Positions 13,038 to 26,027 of a stretch of DNA of 64,000 nt are shown here, in pieces; position 1 is the stretch's first letter; each line of letters starts with the position of its first letter. The DNA lies in the NCBI GenBank assembly GCA_964016885.1, contig OZ024740.1:54188001-54252000 (forward strand). The letters run 5' to 3'. Origin of the DNA: Eledone cirrhosa. Its lineage: Eukaryota. A program made the position numbers and the translations under genes. The notes below the pieces were generated by a model, which was given only the letters and a program-made list of their open reading frames with translations, had not been told where the DNA came from and made no database searches.

Positions 13038-16000
13038 ATGGCTGGTTTACGAGTTGGAACCGTGAATGTGCGTGGCCTAGGGATGTCCTGGAAACAGGGC
13101 CAACTTTTAAACGACCTTAGGTCACACAGTATGGATGTGATAGCCATCGCCGAGTCCAGAATCCACAACAGGCAGCAACTAACCCCCATCTTCGACGACT
13201 TTGAGATCTACGCATCTCTCTGTCAGCCAGGAGGTGGAGGTGGAGTGGCTGTTATGTTTCGGAAGAACCTGGACGTCGGAGTACAGCAAGTACACTTGGA
13301 CCCGGAGGGTAGACTGGTAGTCCTAGACGTGAACAGTATCGGAGGTGGAGCCTTCAGACTGGTGGCCGTTTATGCCCCGACCGGGCAATCGCAATCACGG
13401 CCAGACTTCTTTAAGCGTCTAGAGTCTTTTCTGGGAACGTCTCGCTCCTTACTTTTAGTGGGGGACTGGAATGGTATCCTAGATGCACGATGGGACTATG
13501 TGGGAGCATGTCCCAGTAGAGCGGGGTGCAACAGCCTCAAAACTTTAATCGGCCAATTCAAACTGGCCGATAGGTATCGACTGGATTTCCCGACTGCACC
13601 ACAGTGGACGTGGGTAAGCCGCAGTGGGACATCTAGATCGTATTTAGATAGGTTCTTCATTAGAGAAAGGGACAAGGATATGTTAAGCTGTCCACGAATG
13701 CACATGGTTGCCTATTCAGATCACAAGTTAGTCGTCTGCTTAGTCAACCGTGATAGAATACATAGACAGGGTCCCGGATACTGGAAGCTGAACGTGTCGT
13801 TGCCGGCACGTAAAGCTTACAGTGAACGGATAAGTAGACTAGTCAAGCAACAGTTAACGGGAGCCATCGTCAACAATAGATGGTGGTACTCTCTCAAGAA
13901 AGCAATTAGAATAGAATCGATAGGGTATAGCAGAGAGTTAGCCTTAGAGAAAAACAGAATAGAAAGAGAACTAGTAGCCAAGGTAGAGGAGGCACTTAGA
14001 AGTGACAACGCGGCTAGAGTGTTAGCGTCGAGAACGGCACTGGACCAGTTCTTCGATGCGAAACACGAAGGCTGCGTGGTCAGAAGCAAAACACCTGCTC
14101 TAGGAAACGAAGGAGCGAAAGCTGTCAGCTGGGCCCGAGTGGCAGAGGCAAAAAGTGGCAACAAGTCCACGATTCGGTCTTTGAAAGACCAAAACGGACG
14201 CGTGCTACTTGACCCCAAGCAAATGTGCGCGGCCTTTCAGCGGCACTTTGCGCGACTGTTTGAGCAGAACGACGGTGAGCCGAACGGGGCAATGGACTTT
14301 AGTTCATACCTCGACGGCCTGCCGCGTCTCTCGAACACGGACGCCGAGTTCTGCGAAAGACCGATCACGGACACTGAGATACGGGACGCTCTGGGCCGCT
14401 GCGGGAAACGCAAGTCACCCGGTCTAGATGGTCTACCCTACGAATTTTACATAGGCATGCCGGACTTGTTCTCTAGCGTCCTCGAAGCCGTCTACTGCAA
14501 TTGGCAGCAGAACAGGAGAATTCCCAGTTCTGCAGGCAAGGGCGTAGTAACGCTGATCAGGAAAGACGAGAACAAGGGGGACGAAATTAACAACTTCAGG
14601 CCCATAACTCTGCTCAACACAGAGTTAAAGATTTTGGCCAAGGTGCTAGCGACGAGGTTGGCGCTTGTCGTCGAGAACCTGGTAGGGAAAGCGCAAACGT
14701 GAGCAATCCCGACCAGGTCCATACACGACAACCTCCACCTCATGCAATACATCATAGAGAGGGTCGGTAGTAAACCCGGCTTCGGTGGGGCTCTGATCAA
14801 CTTGGATCAGTCTAAGGCATTCGATAGGGTCGACCATCGATACTTGGAAGCGGTTCTCAAGGCGGCCGGTTTCGGTCCCGTGTTCAGAGGATGGATCGAG
14901 GCGATGCACACCAGCATCTGCTCGAGGGTCAAGGTGAACGGCTACCTATAGGAGCCGTTCGCAATCACGCGTTCCATTCGACAGGGATGCCCTCTCTCCT
15001 CCATTCTGTATGTATTGACTCTAGAGCCACTACTGCGGAAATTGGAGCTGTTGCAGGGCATCCCCCTAGAACCGGGACTCCGCAAAGCGGCGTCGGCTTA
15101 TGCCGACGACGTGACAGTAATGGTGTCGAGCACCTCGGAAATCGGGGTGATCGGCAACATACTGAAAGAATACGAAACGCTGACGGGAGCAAAACTAAAC
15201 CCAGACAAGTCTGTCGGTTTGCAACTCGGTACGTGGAGAGGCAAACCGATGACATCCGACAGCGTCGTTGGACGCTGGACGGACGGACCGGTGAAATTGC
15301 TCGGGGTCTGGTTCGGTCCAGACCTCCAGGTGGAGAAAAACTGGAACGAGGTCACGGCCAAGGTGTTTGCACTCACTCAGAAGTGGGCAGAGTGCAAACT
15401 GTCCTTGAAAGGTCGAGCGGAGGTGGCGAACACTTTCATAGCGTCCGTCACCTACTACCGCTTGACTGTCGTGCCTTGTCCCCGTGAACACCTCGCCAAG
15501 ATGGAACGCATGCTCTTCCAGTTTCTGTGGAAGAAGCAGGCTCCGCTGGTGAGGAGATCCGTCTGCTGTCAGCACCCTTCCAACGGAGGGCTGGGAATGC
15601 CGTGGCTGATGATGCGCAAACATGCGCTGAGGCTGCGGCATCTCCAGGTATTCCTCACCGACCCCCAACCGGTGTGGGCACCGTTTGTGAGACAGGCTTT
15701 CCCACAGCTCGTCTCGCTAACGGAGCTGCAGTCCTGGGTGAAGAAAAGACCGAAAACGATGGGCGCCTGGCACATTGAATGCGCTCAGGCGCTCACAGTC
15801 CTCTGGGAAGCGGACGCAGCAATCAGTGGAGACTCCACTTCGACATTCTATAGAGGGATTGTACGTTACAAGGGCGACGACGTGCTCGGAGAGACTCTGG
15901 GCGTCGAAGACGATGAGCTCACCAGTATGTTTGGTAGGACTTTCCGCCCGGGACCTATGGACAACTTCCAGAGGTCCCTGGCCTGGCAGTGCTACCGAGG

Positions 16001-16484
16001 AGCTCTACCGGTTTGTGACAAGATCTACAGGCACGGACGCCCTGGCAGGGATCCTTCCAAGAGGACGTGTCCAAGATGTGCGCAGGACATTGAAACAGTT
16101 CTGCACGCAATTGTACACTGCCCAGGCGTAAGCGACCTGTGGAACTATGCAGAACAACTGCTGTCGCGTATGGGACAAATACAGTTGACTGCCGAGTCCA
16201 TAGTAAGGATCAAACCGCCAGACTCTTTCAAAAACGAAAGAGAGGCGGTTTTCCTCTGTACGGTGGCTATGGTGAAAGAAGTTATATGGTGGACGAGGTT
16301 GAGAGGACTGAGGACAGATGCCTTTCTCTCCGGACAACAATTGATTCCCTTCTTTAAGTATCACTTTAGAAGGAGAATCAGGGTGGAGAGAGAGGCACTG
16401 CACCCCAGTAAATTTACTGAAAGGTGGGTGAATGAAGCGAAAATGACCCGAGTGATTGGGCCTTCTCTGTTTATAAGCCTGTAG
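13038..16484 (+). pseudogene. LINE ORF2 (APE endonuclease, reverse transcriptase, C-terminal Cys motif) with two in-frame nonsense codons
   Basis: Three ORF-track pieces share one frame, broken by TGA (14700-14702) and TAG (14949-14951). APE motifs NVRGL, GDWN, SYLDR, SDHK; RT motifs KSPGLDGLP, FRPITLLN, DQSKAFDRV, RQGCPLS, YADD; CPRC..ETVLHAIVHC. Confidence 0.93.
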
Positions 16485-16920
16485 GTTGAGGAAGAGAGCA
16501 AAAGGAAGAAAGGAGCACTTGCACAACACGCTCCTCGAGTTGAGGGTTGTTCTATCGACGGGGTATTAAACAACCCATTTGTGGCGCCTCTCCCTATTGG
16601 GGATTTCGATTGTTGAAATTGTTTGTTTGTTTTTATATTTTTTACACGACTGTATGTAAAATCCCCGGCATGTCTTTGTATTGTCCCCTTTCTTGTTGCG
16701 CCCTTGTGGCTAATAAAGAAATATATCTATCTATCTATCAATCTATCTATCTATTTATCTATCTATGTGTGTGTCTGTCTCTCCCTCTGTCTCCCTCTCC
16801 CTCTCTCTCAAACACACGCACACACACGCACACACGCACGCACACACACACACACACACACATACACACACACATACACACATACACACACACACACACA
16901 TACACACACATACACACACC

Positions 16921-16951
<31 letters not shown>

Positions 16952-17559
16952 CTGTGTGTGTGACTGTATGCGTATGTATATATAAATTACTTAATATATT
17001 GAATTCAGTTTTTATCTCTCACGAGGAATTAAAGACCGTTCACTTGCTATTATTTACTGCACCGATTGAACTGTTTGAAACTAAAATAGATTATTAGCCT
17101 TTGCTGTGAGTACTCACATTAATTTTATGATCTTTAAATGTAATGAAATAGTTTCAGAAGGAAATGTATTAATACCAAAATGACGAAACTCAGACAACCA
17201 TGAAATCTTACTAATTTATGAGACAAAAATATTTTGAAGTGATAAATATCGTTAGATTAGTTATCGAAATCTCCTTCAAAATACTTGCGTAGCAAACATG
17301 ATGTAAATCTATGTACGTATTTGTGATTCAAAGCTTATTGTTTGTATGAACATTATACGTTATACGTATATCCTGCGAAATGATCTGTATATATGATTAT
17401 AAATCAATGTTTCTCTTCACTTCAATGTGTATAATCCAATGGAATAAATTTAGTACGAAGAAACAAATCTTCAGTAGTGGCAAGAATATCTATGAAAATG
17501 TCAACTAGATATACTAAAGTAAAATTCGCATCTTAAAATTACGTTATAATGGCAATCTA

Positions 17560-18098
17560 GGTAGAGCGAATTTTTTTTAATTTATTTTAATACTTTTTCT
17601 CTATTTGCTAGACCTCGATTTTATATGTTCTGGCTTGTTAATTTATTAACTCGCAATAGAACCACATTGGCATACGGTTGGATAATACTTGTTTCCCTAT
17701 ATGTATTTTTTACACGTAGGAATTCATACTTTATTCTTATTGATCGCCCCCTAAGGTAGAGATAAAAATGTTGGCCGTTTGGATTGCTGCCATTTATAGT
17801 GGCAGGACATTGACCTGTCCACCCTGCCTTTTGTCTTTGCACACGGCAGAATTATTTCTTTCATCATCCGCTCTCATTTGGGAATGGTTTTGTATGGCGT
17901 CAGTTTGTGATTTGAACTCGGGAATTTTATATTCTCCGAGGGAGAAGAGCCTTCTGAAGATTGCGCCCTTCTCAATAGAAATCCGCTTGGATTTTCCGTT
18001 TATTCTGGAGCATAAAACCGCGGTAAAGGCACATATAGGAAGTACAGCGAATTTTTTAAAATTTATTTTAAAACTTTTTCTGTATTTGCTGGACCTCG

Positions 18099-18105
<7 letters not shown>
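17560..18105 (+). mobile_element. About 480-bp terminally redundant element ending in (TA)n, with a candidate hammerhead at 17949-18030
   Basis: About 65-bp direct repeat (GCGAATTTTTT...GACCTCGATTTTATAT) at 17560 and 18041. GCCTT-CTGAAGA-TTG..CAA-TA-GAAA-(T)CCGC..GCGG-TA-AAGGC. Confidence 0.5.
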
Positions 18106-18178
<73 letters not shown>

Positions 18179-18344
18179 GGGTGTTGTAGTTTACTTGAAG
18201 CATTGAGGAATGTGAGATATAAATACGACTAAGGAATACAGTTGGTTATTTGGAAGCCCAAAAGTGCGTGTTTGGTAAAAATGCCAAGGTAATAAGAAAG
18301 TAGAATAACAAGAACACAGTGAAGCACAAGCAATAGTTTCTTCC

Positions 18345-18465
18345 CCATGACCTCATACCTCAGCAAAGAGACTACAAACGCCATACGCAAAGCAATCGGG
18401 AGAGAGAGCCTCAATATCAGACTGGCTCACTCGGGAGCTTCCCTGCAGAGATGCCTGTCCCCAGC
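18345..18465 (+). mobile_element. Possible Penelope-like element fragment (post-RT linker)
   Basis: Reads SYLSKETTNAIRKAIGRESLNIRLAHSGASLQRCLS, like the PLE PYxxxxSxxIxRxxxKxxLxV...LxxxL segment; short and recognised from memory only. Confidence 0.35.
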
Positions 18466-18973
18466 CAAGTTCACAGATGCACCCCAGCCAATTGCCCTAC
18501 CCTAAACACTGATTGTTACTTGCGTGTCTACGTGACGTAAATGTTGGAATGTGATAAGTTAAGCAAATTCTATATTTCGGTGTTAAGACATGCACAACAA
18601 ACTCATTGGTAGCCACTGTTTTATGGTACGCAGAGAGTTCCGGTGACCATATGGATGCACGTATATATATATATATATATGTATTTATGTATGCATGTGT
18701 ATATGTATGCATGTATGAATGTCTATGACTAATTGCGTGTGGATGCATATGTGCCCAATCTTTGTTTATTATGAAATGAGTGTTAAAACCAGCACCGACG
18801 TTATGTCGTGTCCCTTGTCTAATAGACATTGGATTTGATACATAGAAGTATCACGAATAACAAAACCATAACATTCTGCTCGCAAGCGTGATTGCAATAC
18901 AATGTCTAGAACAACTAAGTCGCCATTGACTCTGCTAGAAGTAGTTAACTACTTGAATCTCATTATTATCTTA

Positions 18974-19280
18974 TTAACTTTGCCTTTCATCCTTACGGGG
19001 TCGATAAAATAAAGTACCAGTAATACATTGGGATAATTGCTGGCCTTGTGCCAAAAGTAGAAACAATTATTATCTTAAGAAATAGGCGGTGGATTGGCAG
19101 TATCGGTAGAGCTTCAGATACCATGCTTTGCAGCAAAGTTATGGCCTTTTACCTTCTGAGTACAAATCCCGCCGAGGTTAACAACTTTTCCTTTCATCCT
19201 TACGGGGTCGATAAAATAAAGCACCAGTAATACACTGGGATAATTGCTGGCCTTGTGCCAAAAGTAGAAACAATTACTAT
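18974..19280 (+). mobile_element. tRNA-derived SINE, a 3' partial copy plus a full copy (19085-19280)
   Basis: A-box-like TGGCAGTATCGG, B-box-like GAGT(T/A)CAAATCCC, shared core CTTTCATCCTTACGGGGTCGATAAAATAAAGTACCAG, (ATT) tail. Confidence 0.85.
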
Positions 19281-20284
19281 CTTAAGAAAGGGTAAGGAAA
19301 CTTAAAATGAAACAATTACATTAAATCACATAATTTACTTTAGTGCTTCATTGTATCTTACCATAGTTAAGCCTCACTCATTATTACAACTTCCTATCTA
19401 ATTCATATTCAGTTTTTGTTCCAGGATTGTCCCTCCTTACGTTCATTGTGAAAATTATTATAAATGCTAATGATTCCACATGCGTAATTTTGATTAATTA
19501 ATCCTACTTTGAGCTCACGACATTAAACATGTGAATTGTTACCTATCTAGAAAATAATGTCAAATATATTCCACATTCTTTTCATAGCCTGTGGGCGATA
19601 AATTACCAGTAATATACTGAGATACAAATATATTATTCTCTCTCATTTCATACAAAATATATTCTATTTGTATGCAAAAAATCCAATATCAGAATTGATT
19701 GAAATACAAATCAAAATAGTCACGTACTGTACATTAGATAATTATGTTATAGTTAGAAACATATCAGAGTTGGCAGATGCGTAAATGGAACAGTAATGAA
19801 CGTAGTATTCTCTATATCATTCTCTATATAAAGGGAGGAATTCCCTTATAAAGTCCCGTTTTCTCTACGTAAAACACATCAGCTTAATACGTTGAAATTT
19901 TCTACGGTTCAACAATTAAGAATGTTCAAAAATTAAGAATGCTCCACCTATTTTGTTGTCGTTTAAATGGTAAAATATCGGAAATGACTTCCTAAGCTTT
20001 TAAAACAAATTTCTTTTAGAACTGATTCGTTACACTCACACAGTGACAGATAGGAAACAGAGGAAGAGTAATGAGGTCGAGACGGATAGAAATTAGAGAA
20101 AAGAGGGAACGGGGAATAGAGAGGATTAGATATATCGAGTGTGAGAATAGAATCTTGAAAAAAAAAAAATGGCTTTATCTATTAGCAATTATCAAAGAAA
20201 TTAAATAGATTAACAAATGGATTTTCTTCTCATTTTATTCAAAAGAAAAAAACTACGTCAATTGACAACTGACAATACAATAAG

Positions 20285-20518
20285 GTGCCTGCTACGGATA
20301 ATATTTATGCAGAACTGATACTCCACCCTGATTACACCTTCAGATTTATGCCTATGATTATTGGGGCACTGGGGTATGTTAGTAACTGCCTCAATACAAA
20401 TCTTGAGAAGCTAGGCTTCACAGGAACAGAAAGAACACAACAAGTTAGGAAATTGCAAGTACAATCCATTAATGAAACAGTAAAAATATGTAAAACATTC
20501 CAAAAATGTTTCATCTAA
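20285..20518 (+). mobile_element. 3' fragment of an RLE-type (R4/Dong-like) non-LTR retrotransposon
   Basis: IYAEL...FMPMIIGALGYV...LEKLGF...LQVQSINETVKICKTF matches the C-terminal end of restriction-like-endonuclease LINEs (KY..L...P.VIGALG...LQ). Confidence 0.65.
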
Positions 20519-21029
20519 TAACTGCATATACACATGTACAGATACAAAGCATATACACATGCACACATACAACTCAAAACATCCACATCCACACATACAA
20601 TAACATCCATATCTACACATGCATGCATGCAGACATGCATACATATCTACCTAGTTGATGTGTAAATTCCAATGACTGAGTCTTGTGTCTATGTTAGAAA
20701 CCCACTCTCTCTCTATTGGTAAAAATGTGTGAAATTATAAAACCAGAAGAACATACATCCATCCATCCATACATACATACATACATACATACATATGTGC
20801 ATGCGTGATCTATTTGTGTACGTGTAAGTGTATTTTGTTCAGTACAAAATCTAACAGGAGAATCAGCCCAATACAGACACATGGAAATATCACTTCATCA
20901 TTCGCTGTCCACTGATGATCACCACCTTTTGATACAAAAATCTCCGTTTTACTCCTACTCTTCATTCTCTATTGTTCTCATCATTTCTGCACGCACATAC
21001 ACACATATACATTTATATATATATATATA

Positions 21030-22336
21030 CGAGGTGTGTCAGAAAAGTTCCAGGACTGATGTCACAAAAGATTTATTTCAAACCCAAACTTCGCACTAAG
21101 AGTTTTCTCCTTCAAAATAATCCCCCTGGAGTCTAATGCACTTTTCCGTCCTTTTCTGCCACGCTTGCATGCACTCCTGGAAGGATTCTTCTGGGATCTT
21201 CCGCAGTTCCGTCATCACGGCCTTTTTGATGTCCACGTCTTCAAAACGGGTCCCCTTGATGACCCCTTGAGCTTGGGGAATAGCAACAAATCACACGGAG
21301 CCAGGTCGTGGCAGTAGGGAGGTTGCTCCAGCACTGCGATGTTCTTCTCGGCCAGGAACTCTCGGATGCTCAGGGCATTGTGAGCAGGCGTGTTGTCATG
21401 GTGAAGCAGCCACGAGTTGTCCTGCCACAACTCTCGCCTCTTCTCACGCACTGAACGAAGAAAACGCTGCAGTAACTCTTTGTAGACATGTTGGTTGATC
21501 GTCTGGCCCTGTGGCAAGAACTCGCAATGGACGATCCCCCTCACATCGAAGAATGTGATCAAAATGACCTTCACTTTGGACTTCAGCTGTCGTGCTTTCT
21601 TCGGCCTTGGCGACGACGGCCTCTTCCACTGAAGGCTCTAGCGTTTGGTTTCCGGGTCGTACTCGAAGATCCATGACTCATCACCGGTGATGAATGTCCC
21701 TAGCAAGTCTGGTTCGGTTTCAAGACGCTCGAGGATGTCCTGGCACACTTGCATGCGTCTACCCTTCTGGTCATCGTTCAGCAATTTTGGCATCATCTTC
21801 ACGCAGACTTTCTGCATGTCAAAATCTTCAGTGAGAATCTTACAGACGCTGTCCCGATTCATGCCCAGCTCATTTGCTCTCAGTCGAACAGTCAGCCGAC
21901 GATCGCTAAGCACCATCTGCCTGACGTGTTCGACGTTGACCTCAGTCCTGGTCGTTGAGGGCCTTCCGCTCCTGGGGTCATCTTCCACGTCCTCGCGTCC
22001 TTTAAACCTCTTGCACCACTCAAAGAACACGCGAGCGTGACATCGTCTCATCTCCATACTCTTGCTGCAGCAATCCCAGTGCTTCTGGTGGAGTTTTCCC
22101 CAACCGTACCAGAAACTTCAAGTTTGTTCGTTGCTCTGTGCTCATTGCTTGACGACCTGAAACAGAGGACATGTATATAAAATTATGAAAAAAAAAGTTT
22201 GATCGCTGCAGAGAGCTAAGATTACAGTTACATACTCCAGGGGGATTACTTTGAAGGAGAAAACTTTTAGTGTGAATTTGGGTTTGAAATAAATCTTTTG
22301 TGACATCAGTCCTGGAACTTTTTCTGACACATCTCG
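21030..22336 (-). mobile_element. Mariner (DD34D) DNA transposon, 1307 bp, TA-flanked, about 100-bp terminal inverted repeats
   Basis: TA|CGAGGTGTGTCAGAAAAGTTCCAGGACTGATGTCAC ... GTGACATCAGTCCTGGAACTTTTTCTGACACATCTCG|TA. Confidence 0.93.
21096..22145 (-). pseudogene. Mariner transposase pseudogene (frameshifts and a stop)
   Basis: MSTEQRTNLKF.. start, DDPRSGRP, ITGDESWIFEYDPETKR*, HHDNTPAH, PPYCHDLAPCD, GDYFEGENS* end. Confidence 0.9.
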
Positions 22337-22412
22337 TATATGTATATATATATCTAGGTGTCGAAACGGCCGGAGCTCAGCCGTCGGGTATCCTGAATCT
22401 TTTCCTATATAT

Positions 22413-22448
<36 letters not shown>

Positions 22449-22522
22449 CACGATTTTTAGCCATTTTGAAATGAATTCTTGGCGGGATCGTTTTGGAAAA
22501 TTTAATGTCTAGATATGACCGA

Positions 22523-22610
22523 GCTTCCTGAAGAATCCAGCGCTCGCGTTTATATAATTATTACATAATTATGGGATAACTCAAAACACGGACGAAACCA
22601 TGGTAGAGGT
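22523..22610 (+). ncRNA. Type I hammerhead ribozyme with extended stem II, inside a TA-flanked element (about 22450-22880)
   Basis: GCTTC-CTGAAGA-A-TCC...GGA-C-GAAA-CCATGG-TA-GAGGT; palindromic stem III ACCAUGGU, GUA triplet. Confidence 0.7.
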
Positions 22611-22878
22611 ATTTAAGTGTATTCTATTTTCTCCTAGTTTATTTTAAACTTAATTCTGCTTAGTTGACTGTACCTAGGCGATTACGCTGGCGAAATATTC
22701 GATAAATATTCCACTACGGCCGACGCGAAGCGCTAGTTTTGGTTATTTGTTGGAGATTCCTTCATCGAAGCCTCATTCGTATAGCCTGGTCTATTCGATT
22801 TTTTATATCGTTAATTATGTTAATTGGGAGAGGAAATAGTATATATTTTATCTTGTGATTCTATAGACATGTTTTATG

Positions 22879-22914
<36 letters not shown>

Positions 22915-23040
22915 GTGTGTGTGTGTAGCAAGGAGGTTTATTTGTTTAGGAACAAGTCAACCCTTGTTGAGCTTACCTCTAGAATAGAACATATATATAT
23001 GTGTATATATATATATAGCTATATATATATATTTATATAG

Positions 23041-23197
23041 GCGGTGAATTGACAGAGTCATTAGAACGTTGGATAGAATGCTTTATAGTATTCATTCCGG
23101 CTCTCTGCTATCTGAGTTCAAATCCCACCGAGGTCAACCTTACTTTTCATCCTTTCGATGTCGATAAAAAAGAACCAGTCTAGTACTGGGGTCGATT
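23041..23197 (+). mobile_element. tRNA-derived SINE copy
   Basis: GGCGGTGAATTGACAG...GAGTTCAAATCCC...CTTTTCATCCTTTCGATGTCGATAAAA. Confidence 0.75.
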
Positions 23198-23635
23198 GCT
23201 CCTCTCTGGTGTGGAGAGGGATAGGCTCCACCAGGCTTAAAATGCCAAAGAAACGCCGTATGTCAATACGGCTCCCTTACGAGTCGTTCGGCTGTTACGG
23301 GACCATACATAAATATATATTCATATAGATGCACATATTAACGGAATTTCCAATAGTATTTCACTTACTTCACCGAAGTAAGAAGTCAACATACTTCACT
23401 TTTATCCATTGGAACTAAAGCAAAAAAAAAATGGAACTCCAGAAACCTATGTCATAATTTTTCTCCCGAATCTGTGATATATCCAACATATAGTATTCAT
23501 TGCATCACTACAATGTATGATCACAGTTAAAGTAAGTCAAAACCTTCTTATTTTATAAGACTCCCTTTGCTCTACGATCTTTTCAGCAACCAGACTTTAC
23601 TCGAAAACATTAATTAAATGTTTATACAATTATTG

Positions 23636-23735
23636 GGCCGCGAATTGGCAGAATTGTTAGAACGTGGGATAGAGTGTTGTTGTATTCTTTCCGACTCTCT
23701 GTTCTCTGAGTTCAAATGCCGCTAAGATCAACTTG
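23636..23735 (+). mobile_element. SINE 5' half
   Basis: GGCCGCGAATTGGCAGAATTG...GAGTTCAAATGCC...GATCAACTT, truncated. Confidence 0.65.
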
Positions 23736-23739
23736 GACT

Positions 23740-24050
23740 CCATACTGTCGAACTCCTCAAAAAAAACGGAACGCCAACAGCCTGTCCGATGAAGGAGGCC
23801 CGTGAGGTGGAATGGCTGTTGCAGCGGTTGTGTTTGACCATTGTCCGCGGAAACACTTTTGCGGTCTTGTCTGTGGGGTGCAGCCCCAAACGCGGAGTGT
23901 TGTAGGCCCTGAGCCTATCACCCTCAACTTTCCATTCTTCTGTGACCATAGAGCCCTTGCTTTTACCTTCCTTTTCCGTTTTTAGATATCTGTAGTGTTG
24001 TTATTTGAAACAGATTTGTTTATGATTTTTAAAATTTTTTATTAATAAAA
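23740..24050 (+). mobile_element. 3' fragment of a CRE-clade non-LTR retrotransposon
   Basis: Reads ..EAREVEWLLQRLCLTIVRGNTFAVL, like the CRE C-terminal RExxFLxQRISxAxxRGN motif; AATAAA near 24044. Confidence 0.6.
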
Positions 24051-24146
24051 CAGTTCAATACTCATATATAACATGTAAAAAAAGAAAACAAAATAGTAAA
24101 TTTAACAAAAGAAAAAGTAATGAATAATTTTTGTTCAGCTTCAAAT

Positions 24147-24188
<42 letters not shown>

Positions 24189-25289
24189 GTATATATGTAT
24201 ACACACACACACACACACACACACCTGTATATATGTATACACACACACACAATATATATATATACATGACTGTGGTGTATCTGTTTATCGGAGTACCGTT
24301 GACTTGGATTGCACTCGATCAAACCAAACATCTGTTGCATAAATTTGTGTAGCACTATTTTATAACACACATAACCTATTCTACAACATATAGTAACATT
24401 CCGCCAGCATATTCTCACACTATGAAACATACATCGACAGTGCGCATACAGCCAGAGCTTACGAGAGCTCCTACAAGCGTTATCCCACGCAAGGCAACAC
24501 ACACACATGAGAATGCACAGTTAAAGATATTCAACATTATATATAGAATTGAAAGAAATGCAAACACACACAGACACGCAACAATTGCCACGCTAATATA
24601 CATACGTAAAGATTCTATAAATGTATATTTTCATCGTTTAGGTTTGATCAATTCTATGCTGGTAAGGTTACCTACCAATGAAATTGAAAATCGACCATGT
24701 AAAACGAGATGAAGAGCTTTGATTGATTCCTGATAGTACTAGTTTCAAAATAATAGATCTATCATCATTGTGTGATCTGAAGCCTTTGTTATAAAATGTT
24801 GTAATAATTTCTCTTTTTATCTCTCTTTCTCTCTTTCTCTCTCACTTTCTCTTCATTCACTCACTGTTTCATTCCCCTTTTTTACTCACTAACTCTCGCT
24901 TGTCTTGCTCAATTCCTTTTATTCTCTATACCTTAAGGCTCTAATCTTCCGAAATATCTCTCATCATCTTTCTATTCATAGCAGGGAAATTTTATATCTA
25001 ATTTTATTCAGAACTATAAAAACCTCTATCATTCAGTAGATCCATTGAAGGAATTAAGTGGGACAGACATACTCTGCTACAAGCTACTTTAGCAGTACAT
25101 TTTTATCAATCTACATTTTACATATTTAATTATATAATGTTTATACGAGTCATTATTTAATTTTATTTGTATTTTAAACCCAGTGATAGATATTATAATA
25201 ACAACGACAAAAATAAGAACAGCAACCATGACAAATTCTTCATATCATATTTCCTTTCGGTAGTAGTGAATAAGATGTATTATAAGATA

Positions 25290-25700
25290 GATTGGCAGTA
25301 TCTGTAGAGGGTCGGAGGCCATGCTTTGACGCATAGAGTTACGGCCCTTGCCATTCTGAGTTCAAATTCCGCCGAAGTTAACTTTGCCTTTCATCCTTAT
25401 GGGGTCAATAAAATAAAGTACCAGTCACGCACTGCGTAATTGCTGGCCTTGTGCCAAGAGTAGAAATAATTATTACTAAAAGAAAACAAAAAGACGTAGA
25501 AGCAATTATTACTTGGCCGTATCGGCAGCTTAGCGTTACGGCCCTTTACGGTCTGAGTTCAAATCCCGCCGAGGTTAACTTTGCCTTTCATCCTTACGGG
25601 GTCGATAAAATAAATTACCAGTAACGTACTGGCGTCGATTTATCAACTTTCTTCTCCCCCAAAATTGCTGGCCATGTGCCTATACTAGAAATCATTATTA
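25290..25700 (+). mobile_element. Two tandem tRNA-derived SINE copies (25290-25474 and 25513-25700)
   Basis: Same A/B boxes and core as the other copies. Confidence 0.85.
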
Positions 25701-26027
25701 CTAAAATCATTCATCTCATAATTAACAACATGAAATATTTCCTTTTTATCTCTGTCATAACTGGTTATGCTTGGCTTTATTTTTCTATTTTCTCATGATT
25801 TTATATTGTATTACACATATAGCATGTAGTGTGTCTGCCGTACCTACTAGTGTTATTTTGGGTGCATTGTGTATATTTGTAAGAAGTGAAATTTTCGATA
25901 TTAATGTATCTCTTTTTCATCATTACAAAGAGAGTTATTAATAAAGTGAATATTTTTGCCATCGCTATTTTCAGAAAACATTTGGATATTATATTTATAA
26001 TAATAATTCTGTGATGTTTATATATCA

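Larger units (their letters stand above)
10915..16721 (+). mobile_element. Near full-length Tx1/L1-clade non-LTR retrotransposon inserted in a (TATC)n microsatellite
   Basis: ORF1 with CCHC knuckle, ORF2 with APE-RT-Cys domain, AATAAA at 16712, (TCTA)n/(TATC)n runs on both flanks (10825-10900 and 16722-16765). Confidence 0.93.

Noticed and set aside
14700-14702. Selenocysteine or programmed readthrough at the ORF2 TGA
   Set aside because: A second in-frame TAG follows and no SECIS was identified; simple point mutations (TGC>TGA, TCG>TAG) suffice.
19085-19180. tRNA genes
   Set aside because: The A/B boxes belong to SINE heads with expanded spacing and no cloverleaf.
24720-24780. Hammerhead on the minus strand (GAAACTAGTA)
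   Set aside because: Core reads ATGATGA and no stem I pairing was found.
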